Virus record (IMG/VR): IMGVR_UViG_3300025267_000006
Span: 41,384 to 105,383 of that record
Strand: one strand, 5' to 3'
Length of the DNA stretch: 64,000 nt
From: a virus
Taxonomy: Duplodnaviria; Caudoviricetes
A program made the position numbers and the translations under genes. This document shows, piece by piece, positions 18,286 through 28,615 of this stretch (the stretch's first letter is position 1; every line of letters starts with the position of its first letter). Below the pieces are notes generated by a model. The model was not told the DNA's origin, made no database searches, and was given only the letters and a program-made list of their open reading frames with translations.

Positions 18286-21200
18286 TCATTCATATCTCTG
18301 TTTGATTAGTTTATACTCTGGCCTAGAATCCTTTGAGGACTGAATTTGAGGAGTTGTATATAGCCCTGAGGGAGGTGTCCTCTGAGATTGTCCTTGTCGA
18401 AGACCTGTTTGTCCCGGAGGTCTACCTCCAGAAATGGGTCTACCGCCTTCAAGTTCCTCTGTCTGTCCAGCCAGTCTTCTACGTTCCCCTGGTGATAGGG
18501 CTGCTCCCGGCATCAGATTAATTAAATCCCCCACAGATACATTGCTAGGTAAATCTCCAGCATCGATTCGAGCTTGTGCTGCCCTTTCAGGATTACTTGC
18601 GGAACCAATAGATAATGCCGCATCTACAATAGCTTCCTGATCGCCTGTATCCCAATTCTTACTGTATGCCTCTTCGGGACTTATTGGTGTACCACCACCT
18701 GCCGTTTCATATTTCCTAGCATCGGGTGCTCTCTGTTGATCCAATTCAGAACTAGGCTGCAACAAACCCTGAGAACCGACCCCCACTTCCTCCCTGAGAG
18801 CCTCTTCTTCCGATTCAGGTATGTTGTAGGAGGATCCTCGTTGAGATGGAGATTCCGGGCGTAGGGGTGAACCTGTCTCATCGGGTGAAGCACCAATTCC
18901 AAGTCGTTCTGGACTATCATCTAATATGGCTTGCCAACCAGCAGCAGCATCAACATTTTTAAGAGCGATTTCATTTATAGCTACTTGTAGATTTTCTCTT
19001 TTTTTCTCATCGTTGATTCCCAATCTAAGAGCCTGATTAATCAAGTTCTGATTTGAAGGAGACATAGCCTCATCAATCATAGACTGTGGAGCACCTTGCC
19101 CAGCTAAGAACGCAGATACCCCACCCATAAATGCTTGCTGTGGATCTGGAGCAGACGGCGCAGACGGCGCAGACGGCGCAGAAACTGGAGTTCCTGGTTC
19201 TGGAGCCGATGCGTCTTCAACTCGTTCAGGCGACGGTGACTTATCTTTTACTTTCGCATTCTGACCTGGATCGAACCAACTAGGTACAAGTCTACCTCTA
19301 ACTGTTTTTTCTGTAAAATTACCCAGATCATAGGACGCTAAAGCAAATTCACGCATACGTTTCTTAATTACTTCTGTAGTAACTTTCGTACCATCCATAA
19401 GTTCGCCAACAACATGCATATTACAAGCTTCGGCTACATCTAGAATTTTATTCATATCAAAATGATCATCAAACCAAGCATCAAAGTGACCTATGAATTT
19501 CTTTTCCGACATTCCAGTAGGAAGTCCAGCCGCAAGTCTAGGAACATTGGCTGTCGTTGCACCAAATAGTGGATTGGGATCATGATCTCTCCAAAATTCC
19601 CACTTAACTAGCCCCTTACCCCTTTGATTATCGGCCTTAATCTCTGCAAATCTACCATTTGCACCATTGTCAAAAGCCACTATTTTTTTGGTGTCTCTGC
19701 CTATTCCAAAGTTGAGGTTATGGCGATCCGATTGACCCAATATAAGATCCATAGCTATCATTCCAAATCCGCTATGGAGACCTTGAATATCCCTTGAATG
19801 GCCCGCACTCCCTGCCTTCCCATACCCAGAATGCCATTCTTGTAAGAACCCGCCACCTCGCTCACCCATCTCTACCCATTCTGCTATGTCTTCATCCTTT
19901 AGACCAGCATCTCTCATCCACTCCACACCAAGATTAGTTACTTCTATATATGGCATTACTCCTAGACCTAAAGCTTTGTCTAGGGCAAAAGAAGCTCGTT
20001 CTGCATACTGTTCACCCGGTATAATTTTATACATATAGTCCTTGCCCTTAATTTTTACATGCATGCCATGGGCAAAGCCAGATGAGACTTTTTTCCCAGC
20101 ATCCGCTGCCTCCTCCCTAGCTAAAATACCACCAGCGTAACTACCTGCAAAATCCTGAAACTCTATGTCGCTAGGATCTATATTAGATAGGTCCTGCTCA
20201 CCATACATGAACTGGTCTTCTCTCTTGATACCCATCCCTTCCAACAATGCAGCCGATTTTTCCATCATGGCTTTATTATTCTCAACAGGATTGAATTCAT
20301 CTCCGTTGATTGCTGTAATTATCTGGTCTATAGGCTTCCCTAAGTTCGGATCTACGGGACCTGTCCTGGCTGCTTGAGCACGAATACGTGCTTCCCTCTC
20401 TGCAGCTTCTTTAGCGGCCTGTTGCTGCGCTCCACCCATCCCAGCTAGTGCAGGTTGGAAGGGTACTATGGGTGGTCTTATAATTACATCTTCGTGCGCC
20501 TCAGGATCTCCACCTAAGTCAGCAGCGGCCTCTTCAGACCCCACTTCACCGGGTACACCGCCAGCATGAGGTTGTCTACCCCAACGCCCCTCTACCTTCT
20601 CAGCTTCCCGTTGCTGGCCCTTAGCGGCACGTTCTCGTGCCCACTTACCCGGATCCCTCAATGGATCCATATGGGAAGCTCTTCCCTCTCTACGAGCTTT
20701 TACTCCAGCATCTATTGCATCTGAATCTAACCGCATATTGCGGATTCGTACTTTTCTCTCACCCGGAAGTTCTGTCTGGAACTGCCCCTCATTTTCAAGG
20801 AAATTACGGGCATTTGAGAAATGATGGTCAACAAGAGCAGTCGGAATAGCTATCGGAATAGCTCCCGCTTCTTCTGCCTCTCCAGCCATTAAAATCTTCT
20901 GGGGAATCCAAATGTCTTCACCCTCTCTTACCTCGTCAGGGTGAACATCAATAAAATCTCTAACGAAGACATCTATAGGTGCTCTGTTGCCTTGTCTATC
21001 GAGCAATCGCATTGGAGCTTTCTTTTCTTTGCCCCGTTTAGGATCAAAGAAAGGAGGAACTCCATCTACCCATAACTCAGGTACATCATCAAACTTCTCA
21101 TCGTGCTTACCCATTTCCTCTCGGAACTCAACCGCCTTCACGTCAAGTTCCTGCTCCCAATCCACCGCACCTACCTTCAAACGTTCAGCCCTCTCCAAAT

Positions 21201-21639
21201 ACTGATCCATGGACTGAACCTTAACCCCAGCAAATTTAATATAATAAGGAAGCTTTCCTTCGTGAATGAGAGAAATCATCTCGTTATACCTATTACGTAT
21301 GAGATGAGCTTCCCTACGATAATCAGCAACCTGAACTAGAGCTTCAGCCCTTTCCTCTTTAGACATAGAAGCTATCTGCTCACGGGTCAACATCGCCATC
21401 GGATACATTCGAGCGGGATTAACCCACCTAATAGCCCTAAAAACTAACCTTCTGGGGATGCGTCTATGCACTGTCCTGTACATAGGTCGCAAATGAGGAT
21501 AAAGAGCATGCTGCTTTATAAGCAGAGTATGGGCAAAATCAGCAAGCTGAATGAGATTGGTATCCCAAGCCAAACTCTCCTCCCTCGCTTTGAGAAAAGA
21601 GCTTACTGTCGCTGCTATCTTATCTTTAGTTAGAACCAT
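18286..21639 (-). CDS. Large protein with HipA/PI4K-like kinase domain; probable virion internal protein
   Basis: YKIIPGEQYAERASFALDKALGLGVMP...GFLQEW...DLILGQSDRHNLN...VAFDNG (about 19330-20080), flanked by low-complexity linkers. Confidence 0.75.
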   Translation of the reverse strand: MVLTKDKIAATVSSFLKAREESLAWDTNLIQLADFAHTLLIKQHALYPHLRPMYRTVHRRIPRRLVFRAIRWVNPARMYPMAMLTREQIASMSKEERAEALVQVADYRREAHLIRNRYNEMISLIHEGKLPYYIKFAGVKVQSMDQYLERAERLKVGAVDWEQELDVKAVEFREEMGKHDEKFDDVPELWVDGVPPFFDPKRGKEKKAPMRLLDRQGNRAPIDVFVRDFIDVHPDEVREGEDIWIPQKILMAGEAEEAGAIPIAIPTALVDHHFSNARNFLENEGQFQTELPGERKVRIRNMRLDSDAIDAGVKARREGRASHMDPLRDPGKWARERAAKGQQREAEKVEGRWGRQPHAGGVPGEVGSEEAAADLGGDPEAHEDVIIRPPIVPFQPALAGMGGAQQQAAKEAAEREARIRAQAARTGPVDPNLGKPIDQIITAINGDEFNPVENNKAMMEKSAALLEGMGIKREDQFMYGEQDLSNIDPSDIEFQDFAGSYAGGILAREEAADAGKKVSSGFAHGMHVKIKGKDYMYKIIPGEQYAERASFALDKALGLGVMPYIEVTNLGVEWMRDAGLKDEDIAEWVEMGERGGGFLQEWHSGYGKAGSAGHSRDIQGLHSGFGMIAMDLILGQSDRHNLNFGIGRDTKKIVAFDNGANGRFAEIKADNQRGKGLVKWEFWRDHDPNPLFGATTANVPRLAAGLPTGMSEKKFIGHFDAWFDDHFDMNKILDVAEACNMHVVGELMDGTKVTTEVIKKRMREFALASYDLGNFTEKTVRGRLVPSWFDPGQNAKVKDKSPSPERVEDASAPEPGTPVSAPSAPSAPSAPDPQQAFMGGVSAFLAGQGAPQSMIDEAMSPSNQNLINQALRLGINDEKKRENLQVAINEIALKNVDAAAGWQAILDDSPERLGIGASPDETGSPLRPESPSQRGSSYNIPESEEEALREEVGVGSQGLLQPSSELDQQRAPDARKYETAGGGTPISPEEAYSKNWDTGDQEAIVDAALSIGSASNPERAAQARIDAGDLPSNVSVGDLINLMPGAALSPGERRRLAGQTEELEGGRPISGGRPPGQTGLRQGQSQRTPPSGLYTTPQIQSSKDSRPEYKLIKQRYE

Positions 21640-21674
21640 AATGTCCCCACTGGTATCAAGTATATTAGAAAAAA

Positions 21675-24600
21675 CTAATTATAGGAATAAGATTCCAAGT
21701 AGGAATCTATGGAATATATTATTGGAGAATAATTCCCATAGCTAATCAACTGCTTATCTATAAGATCATCAGCCATGTCCAGCATTTCCCAAAGATACTG
21801 AGTATCCTTACTCAGCTTAATAGCTCCTCCAGCTATAGCTGCAGTTAGAATTGGATCAGTAGACATCTTCTGAGCGGCTTTGATCGCCCTAGGAACATAC
21901 TTACTGCCCATCTCGCTCTCTGCGTTGGCTGGGTGCTGATAGTCTCCTATAGCTGGATCCACAGTCCTCAGCATCTCATGGTCTACGTACTCTTTTACCT
22001 CTTTTTCTCCCCAACCTTCATCCGCTAACATTTTTTCGGCTGCGCCCACATCAATAAGAGGCAATTCATGTATTTCTGCTTCTATCCTCTCCTCAGACCC
22101 TTCTGCAAATTGAGGAAGTTCAGGACTTGGTACAGGTGCTCCTTCTGGTTGCCTATTAACCAATCGTCGCCATCCTTGATTCCTAGAAGGTGCATCAGGA
22201 GCCGGATTGTCTTTTATGTCTTGAATATTCTTACGCACACCCTTCATGCTGGCACTTAGTGCACGTTTACTCTCGGATGCCTGACCCATAGCCCTTTTAG
22301 CATCTGATACCTGCTTCGTTCTTTTTACCTTTAACTTACTTTGCTCAGATTTTAGAGTTTCCAACTCTTTTTTATCTATGTCGTCACCCGCATTCACGGC
22401 ATCTTCTAGAGTCTTTATTTCACCCGTGACAGACTCAAAATCACTCTGAGTTCTTGTGAGATTACTCATCTTACGTCGTGCAGTCCTATTGGCTGCTCTA
22501 GATGCATTAGCTGTTTCAGTAAGATCCTCAGCAATATCTAAGAATCCCTTAACCTGATCGTCACTCATCCTGACATCGCCATTCGCTGCTTGAGTAGCAA
22601 ATTTATCTACATTACCAACTAACCTACTGTACTGAGCAGCTACTTTGCCCCCTTGATCAGCTAGACGTTCAGCCCTATCTATAGCACTTTGAACATTCTT
22701 AGGTACACCAGAGGGAGCTTCGGGCGTTGGAGTAGGCTCATCAGATGGAGGTGCCTCTGGAGTAGGCGTAGGCTCCTCAGAAGGCTCTGTCTCAGGAGAT
22801 GCTGGACCACCCTCTCTTCTTTTGTCTCTCTCTGCTACTATTTCATCTTCCCGTTTCTGTTGTTCGTCCTCTCCATCAAACCCAGGCAATCTAGCCTGTA
22901 CAGCTTCACCTTCAGCGGGACTGGGAGCAGGTTCTTCAGCAGCCTCTCCATTAAATCCAGGCAATCTAGGCTGTTCACCTTCCTTAGCCTCAGCTACACC
23001 CTCTTCAATTACCTTACGAGCTTCATCTTCGGATCCAGTATCTCCAGGTTTGAGGACCCCCTGATCTTTTAAGTCCTGAATAAAATCATCAATGTCGGAT
23101 TCTGAGATTTTACCCAGTCCGCCAGCCAAAGGATCTGGAGCAGCCTCTACTCCCGCCTTTACTTGCTCAGCCCTTGCTTTTCTAGCTTCTGGAGACTTTT
23201 CACCCTCTGGGCCAAGCTGATCTGCTTGCCCCTGAGCTTTCTGACGACGAGCCATGCGCCTGATGTTGGCTTCGGTCTTGGAATAGAACCGTGATCGCTG
23301 ACCCTGGGCACCCGGCTCCCCGAAATGAACTTGAACTCCTTCAGGAGGTTGCTGACCGGGCTTGGTTAAGTATTCTCTGTCCCCAGAATCTATATTAGAA
23401 CCTTTTGGAAGATTCGTTATAGCTTTATCGGGGTCTTTTAGAGCTTCTCTGAGGCCAGCCTCTTCTCCTGCGGCTCCACCAGCCTCTTTATATGCCTCTG
23501 CAGCCGCCGCACCCTCTTCACCTGGCCCCTTAAACCTAGACTCTTCAGCCCCTTTACCTTGGGACCAAGCTTCACCCCGTTGTTCAACTTTCTGGCTCCA
23601 CAGTCCGCCCTTCAAATTTTTAGAAGTCTGCTCAAACATAGACTTCCCACTGCCCTTTTCACCAGACTTAGTGGCAGCATCAGGGAAATCTTTTGACGGG
23701 GGCATAACTCCTCTGGTTCGCCCCTGTCCTAAAGCTTCCACATGATCAGTAACAGCCTCAAATGAAGATCCAATTTCTTTAGCTTTACGATCTACTTCAG
23801 CTATTGAAGCCCCGTAATCAGCGGTAGCTTTTTCAAAAGCTGCCTCATCTCCATCAGCTTCATAGGCTGTAGCAGCTTTATTGAAATTAACGTCAGCATT
23901 AGCTTTATCTGTGGCTAAATCACCCCTCTTTTTCCAGTACTCCTGAGGAGATCTTTTATAAATATCACTTGTGGGAGCTTTTTGAGAGTCTAATCCTGCC
24001 TTAAACCCTGAGCTTAATGCCTCTCCAGTAACTTTTAGACCAGTAGCCGCACTGGTCATCTTAGCTTTTATGTCTCGTGCTTTATTGCCTATTTTGCCCG
24101 CAAATACCCCAGCCGCCTGACCAACGGTTTCAGCAACCTCCTCTTTTCCTGGGATTGCCTCTTTTATTTCCTTCGCTTTTGCTTTTACCCCCTCAACAGC
24201 TTCTCCGGCCTTTTCCCTGCCTGTAGCAACTGCGCCCCCGACTACATCAGCTTTCCTACCTATGGCTTCTTTCGCTTCTCCTACCTTTTCCCCAGCCTCT
24301 CGCTTCAACCCCCTTCTGATGGATTCCGGCCCTTGTCCCTTTCTTCCGATAAGTCCTTGGGCTATGTCGCCAAAGGCACCGACGAGAACTCTCTGAGCAA
24401 GAGAAGGATCACCGCCCTCATCCCAATCCGGCTTCCCTATGCCCTCTTCAGGCGCAGAGAACTTATGAGTCTTCTCTTTAGGAGATTTCTTGGGTTTATC
24501 GGGTTTTTTTGCATCTGGGCCAAAGCCCCATTTACGTCCGAACTCTTTTTGCTTAAATATAAAACCACTGGGAATTTCCTTGAATATAAGCTCATCTTCT

Positions 24601-24779
24601 TCAGCTAGAAGCCCGCACTGTATAAGTTCTAGCTGAAACAATTCCTGATAGCTCTCGTATACACGACCTCCCTCAGTAACAAAAGGAAGATCGTATTTTT
24701 GGACGAGAGATAGCTGAATTCCTTCAATATCTTGAAGGAAATCTAAATCATAAGGTTTATTTTGTATGTCCAGTACCAT
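21675..24779 (-). CDS. Large Ala/Gly/Glu/Lys/Pro-rich protein after the portal; probable head-internal protein
   Basis: 1034 aa, low complexity, coiled coil, short internal repeats (RLPGF x2, PTPTPEAP x2); no enzyme motif recognised. Confidence 0.6.
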   Translation of the reverse strand: MVLDIQNKPYDLDFLQDIEGIQLSLVQKYDLPFVTEGGRVYESYQELFQLELIQCGLLAEEDELIFKEIPSGFIFKQKEFGRKWGFGPDAKKPDKPKKSPKEKTHKFSAPEEGIGKPDWDEGGDPSLAQRVLVGAFGDIAQGLIGRKGQGPESIRRGLKREAGEKVGEAKEAIGRKADVVGGAVATGREKAGEAVEGVKAKAKEIKEAIPGKEEVAETVGQAAGVFAGKIGNKARDIKAKMTSAATGLKVTGEALSSGFKAGLDSQKAPTSDIYKRSPQEYWKKRGDLATDKANADVNFNKAATAYEADGDEAAFEKATADYGASIAEVDRKAKEIGSSFEAVTDHVEALGQGRTRGVMPPSKDFPDAATKSGEKGSGKSMFEQTSKNLKGGLWSQKVEQRGEAWSQGKGAEESRFKGPGEEGAAAAEAYKEAGGAAGEEAGLREALKDPDKAITNLPKGSNIDSGDREYLTKPGQQPPEGVQVHFGEPGAQGQRSRFYSKTEANIRRMARRQKAQGQADQLGPEGEKSPEARKARAEQVKAGVEAAPDPLAGGLGKISESDIDDFIQDLKDQGVLKPGDTGSEDEARKVIEEGVAEAKEGEQPRLPGFNGEAAEEPAPSPAEGEAVQARLPGFDGEDEQQKREDEIVAERDKRREGGPASPETEPSEEPTPTPEAPPSDEPTPTPEAPSGVPKNVQSAIDRAERLADQGGKVAAQYSRLVGNVDKFATQAANGDVRMSDDQVKGFLDIAEDLTETANASRAANRTARRKMSNLTRTQSDFESVTGEIKTLEDAVNAGDDIDKKELETLKSEQSKLKVKRTKQVSDAKRAMGQASESKRALSASMKGVRKNIQDIKDNPAPDAPSRNQGWRRLVNRQPEGAPVPSPELPQFAEGSEERIEAEIHELPLIDVGAAEKMLADEGWGEKEVKEYVDHEMLRTVDPAIGDYQHPANAESEMGSKYVPRAIKAAQKMSTDPILTAAIAGGAIKLSKDTQYLWEMLDMADDLIDKQLISYGNYSPIIYSIDSYLESYSYN

Positions 24780-26615
24780 TTACTCTTCTTCCGCCTCTTC
24801 CTCTTCATCTGACCACTTTTCAGTAGCAGACTCATCAAGAAGACCACCTTCCAAAGGACCCGGAGGTGGTGGAGGGGGAGGACCAAGTGGAGGGGCCGCT
24901 CCTCCAGCTTCCATACCAGGCATGGGCGGTGCTCCAGCCATAGCCGCCATTGGATCTCCACCTGGCGGAGCCGCCGCCTTCTTATATGTAAATCGTATGT
25001 CCTTGCCAGTATCCTTCTGAGGCTCAAATCCAAGTTGCTGCATCTGAGTAGCAATCTCTATGCGCTGCTTCTCCATAGCAAGGTTAATATCTTCAGTCTC
25101 TTCTCTTGGAGGTGCCAATCCTATAGTCCAATCGTCAACACCTAATTGTTTTAACAAGTTAGGCATTATCGTATCGTTGAATATACTCTGATACGACTCA
25201 ATCAAAGCATCATGCATAGAAGTTTGAGCCGATTCTTTTGCTAAACCTCCACCAGCACTCTGAGCATCTCCAGTGAATAGAGGTGTTACCCCCCACAGCA
25301 TAGCTATACGCTCTCGTATTTCCTGACGAACTGGAAGATAGTCCAATTCCTGGAACGTATACGCCAACTTAACAAAGTCAGTCTTACCACGGTTATTCCG
25401 TGCTGAAGCCGCAACCCATGGGAATGTGTTGGGATCGTTCAACATTTGAGTTTTGATTCTCTCTATTTCAACTTCGAGAGAATCTGGATCATCCGTATAC
25501 GTAATTATCAATCCCGGTGGGATACGCCTTTCATACCAATACCTATATAGAGTCCTGTCGGCCCCAACCAGAGACAAAACTTTTTCAAATACTGTTAATA
25601 CTGGGGAATATCCATAAGTTTTAGAGGGGCTGAAGAATGAAGCATGTAATATCTCATCCTTGGTGTAATACCTATACCTGCCTCTCCAATAGTATCTATA
25701 CATAGCTGGCAACAATATGCCATTGCAGAGGAATCCCTCATCGTTAATAGCTACGCATTGACCGGGACTGGTATGTGTTTGCTGCTCACGGTGTATTGGA
25801 CAGATAAAATGAGATCTTTCAGGAAGCCCATCTTTTCTATCTATGTCATATTCAGTCAGAGCAGGATGCAATCGAGTAATCTCAAATATTCTCTGACTCT
25901 CTACCTCCCCAGTCGCCCTATCTAGAATGTATTCCTTGTTAAGAAGTAAGAATCCGTCATCCGCTATCAAGACATCCTGTATAAATTCTATGAACACCGA
26001 CTGCATTGTTTGATGGAAACTATTTGCATCTGTTTTCAGATCATCAAAAATCTTCTGCTGTGCCATATCGGGCACTCTCATTGGAGCCGTAACTCTCTTA
26101 CCGTTCTCATCTCTCTTATATTTTTTATAATTCTTAGTGGTATAACTACCAGTTTTTTCGTCTATAACAACTTGCTCTTGTATTTCATACAAGAAGCACT
26201 TATCACAATTTTCTTGGTCTTCGTCGGTAGATTCATTGCCACATTGAACACATTTACGTGCAAATTTCTGTACCCAGTTACTAAATCCCCGCCTAAACAC
26301 TTCTCTTTGAATACTAAGTACAACAGAACGTATCTCAGTAACCTGGAAAGCAAGAACGAACAGGTCCTGAAGAATAGATCTGCGATAAATAAACTGTTGG
26401 CGTACCCAATCTTGGATTATTGCGTCTAATCCAAGAGGAGACATACGCCCAGAAGACGCTGATCCTTGAGCGGCCTCTGCAGACTTAGTTAGCGCATCTA
26501 GTGTGCCTAACACGCCCTGCATTTTGTTGTAATTCTCGACCCCAGGAACGGGTTCAGAACCGTTTCTGCCGTTCTGGTTAGAGAATATATTTGCCAGATT
26601 GTCTATTATGCCCAT
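24780..26615 (-). CDS. Portal protein
   Basis: Follows the large terminase; YGYSP motif, IPPGLI, RERIAMLWGVTP; Pro/Gly/acidic tail. Confidence 0.85.
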   Translation of the reverse strand: MGIIDNLANIFSNQNGRNGSEPVPGVENYNKMQGVLGTLDALTKSAEAAQGSASSGRMSPLGLDAIIQDWVRQQFIYRRSILQDLFVLAFQVTEIRSVVLSIQREVFRRGFSNWVQKFARKCVQCGNESTDEDQENCDKCFLYEIQEQVVIDEKTGSYTTKNYKKYKRDENGKRVTAPMRVPDMAQQKIFDDLKTDANSFHQTMQSVFIEFIQDVLIADDGFLLLNKEYILDRATGEVESQRIFEITRLHPALTEYDIDRKDGLPERSHFICPIHREQQTHTSPGQCVAINDEGFLCNGILLPAMYRYYWRGRYRYYTKDEILHASFFSPSKTYGYSPVLTVFEKVLSLVGADRTLYRYWYERRIPPGLIITYTDDPDSLEVEIERIKTQMLNDPNTFPWVAASARNNRGKTDFVKLAYTFQELDYLPVRQEIRERIAMLWGVTPLFTGDAQSAGGGLAKESAQTSMHDALIESYQSIFNDTIMPNLLKQLGVDDWTIGLAPPREETEDINLAMEKQRIEIATQMQQLGFEPQKDTGKDIRFTYKKAAAPPGGDPMAAMAGAPPMPGMEAGGAAPPLGPPPPPPPGPLEGGLLDESATEKWSDEEEEAEEE

Positions 26616-28615
26616 TAACCACTATACCCGGCTAATTGCTGCATCAAAAATTCGTCCGATTCCCGCACCGTAACCCATTTTGACTTTGAATTGGAAGAAT
26701 GCTTCATACGCTTCTTTTTAACTCCACATATTATACATGCCATGTATACGGCTTGAGTAGCCTCAAAGCATCTAGATCCAAACCCATCTTCAAACTCTAT
26801 GCCCCCCACACGTTGGCAGCTATCACATATATCCTTGCTACTACTGACTATACGAGAAGCTATCTCATCCCTCTTGAATCCATTTTGGGGATTATTTAGA
26901 TTCTCCAACACAGGATTCTTTTTGGCGTTTGAAGCAGGATCCGCATCTACTACAGTATGAGGGGAACTAAACAAGGTGTTTAAGTTACCCACGCTGCCCA
27001 TACGTGTGAGTACTCCCTTCTCCTTCAGTACCCCGTGTACTGCACCTGCCACAGCATCAGCCCTATCTTTCTTCATTCCGGGTCTGGCATCAACCCGCTC
27101 ACCATACACTATATCCAGACCTAGAAGCTCTTCTATTGCCTCTGGATGAAAATATGCGTCCAGTTTCTCCTGATAAATTAGATCTTTTAGGGTATCGTAA
27201 GCTTCTTTTGTTCTAGTTACAGACTTATATTTGGCTGGAACCCCCCTATTTTGAAGAGTTTGAAGCGAATTTATAGATTGATACTTATCATAGGTGACAC
27301 TTGCAAGCTTAATTCCATTATCACGTAGATTTAAAAGAAAATTCTCTATGCTTCTAAAATCTACATCTTTATCTGGTTGCGGTTCCCATGTCTTAATTAA
27401 ATCAAGAAATACCGAATCTTCATTTTTATCTTTATGGGCTATAGCTAATGCAGCATTAGAATGTCTTAGTCCAAGATCCACATGGACATAATAATAAACA
27501 CCTTCTTTTAGATCAGTCTCATCTCTGATATTTTTCATACCAGAATGAAATAGATCTCCCTTCTCGTCTATATCTGCATCAAAACATCTAAGGACCGGTA
27601 TGGGATCACGTATGAAAGCATCACGAGCATAAGGGGGATCACATTCGAATCTAGCTTTGGCTAGAATAGGATCAGTATCATAAAAATCTTTGAAATCCTC
27701 TTTTTTCTTAGATGGATTGAAATCCCAGGTGGAGAAAGCACTCCCATCGGGGTTACATGCAACATAAGTACGTTCTTCTAATTTGCCCGCCTCAAATCGT
27801 CGTTGAATAAAAGATCCCTTAAAACGGGGCCATGAGAGGGATACAACCCTTCCAACCCCAGGGAAACGTGACTGTATAAGTGATTTAGCGGTTTTATATA
27901 TTCCTTCAGCACCCTCACTTCTTAAACCACTACTCTTACGTAACTCCTGTTCAGATTTGAAAGCATCTATCTCGTCTAGGAGGATCAGTATGGGTGTATA
28001 TCCCTGCCAAGATTCATTTTCAGAGTTACCGCTTATAAGACGTATATTTTTTGGGAAATTGATTAACGTCTGAGTCGCACTGTAAGAAATACGATTTGGA
28101 TTATCAGCACCGAATAATGGAGAATTTTTAAGCACATTAATCAATGTTTGAAAGTAAATATTTCTAGCTAAGTCTGCATTAGGAGCAACATTTATAGCAT
28201 CAATGAAGCTATTACGCTCCATATTGAAATATTTTTGAGGGCTTTTAAGACAATTTAAAAGATAAACAATTCTCAATCCCACAAAAATAGAGCAGGTGTC
28301 TTTTCCAGACCCCTGCCCCGCCATGAGGACTCCCTCTGTGACAGGAGTCTCTGAGAAAATATTGGAAAGAGTATCAACGAATTTAAGTTGTGGAGGAGAT
28401 AATCTAATAGAGAGATTTAAATTATCTTCACCATATAAAAATTCTTTTATGTCTACTGGGGATCTCTCCCAAACACCAAAAGTATCCTCAGTTACGTCTT
28501 CATTAGGATCTTTAGACGTTAACTCGGATATATAATCAGCTAGGAACTGCCCGCTGGTTGTAAAGTTTACCGAGGGCGACGAGCTTTTCCCCGATCCGTT
28601 GGAGGGTGATAACAT
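26615..28615 (-). CDS. terL: Terminase large subunit
   Basis: Walker A GQGSGKD, Walker B ILLDE, nuclease VHVDLG ... KDRADAVAG. Confidence 0.9.
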   Translation of the reverse strand: MLSPSNGSGKSSSPSVNFTTSGQFLADYISELTSKDPNEDVTEDTFGVWERSPVDIKEFLYGEDNLNLSIRLSPPQLKFVDTLSNIFSETPVTEGVLMAGQGSGKDTCSIFVGLRIVYLLNCLKSPQKYFNMERNSFIDAINVAPNADLARNIYFQTLINVLKNSPLFGADNPNRISYSATQTLINFPKNIRLISGNSENESWQGYTPILILLDEIDAFKSEQELRKSSGLRSEGAEGIYKTAKSLIQSRFPGVGRVVSLSWPRFKGSFIQRRFEAGKLEERTYVACNPDGSAFSTWDFNPSKKKEDFKDFYDTDPILAKARFECDPPYARDAFIRDPIPVLRCFDADIDEKGDLFHSGMKNIRDETDLKEGVYYYVHVDLGLRHSNAALAIAHKDKNEDSVFLDLIKTWEPQPDKDVDFRSIENFLLNLRDNGIKLASVTYDKYQSINSLQTLQNRGVPAKYKSVTRTKEAYDTLKDLIYQEKLDAYFHPEAIEELLGLDIVYGERVDARPGMKKDRADAVAGAVHGVLKEKGVLTRMGSVGNLNTLFSSPHTVVDADPASNAKKNPVLENLNNPQNGFKRDEIASRIVSSSKDICDSCQRVGGIEFEDGFGSRCFEATQAVYMACIICGVKKKRMKHSSNSKSKWVTVRESDEFLMQQLAGYSG

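Noticed and set aside
19148-19182. 9-bp tandem repeat GCAGACGGC
   Set aside because: It encodes a Ser-Ala-Pro linker inside the kinase-bearing protein; an ordinary low-complexity expansion.
21675-24779. MuF/minor head or major capsid identity for the gene after the portal
   Set aside because: No MuF HPxCRC-type motif or capsid-like composition was recognised; only its position supports a head role.
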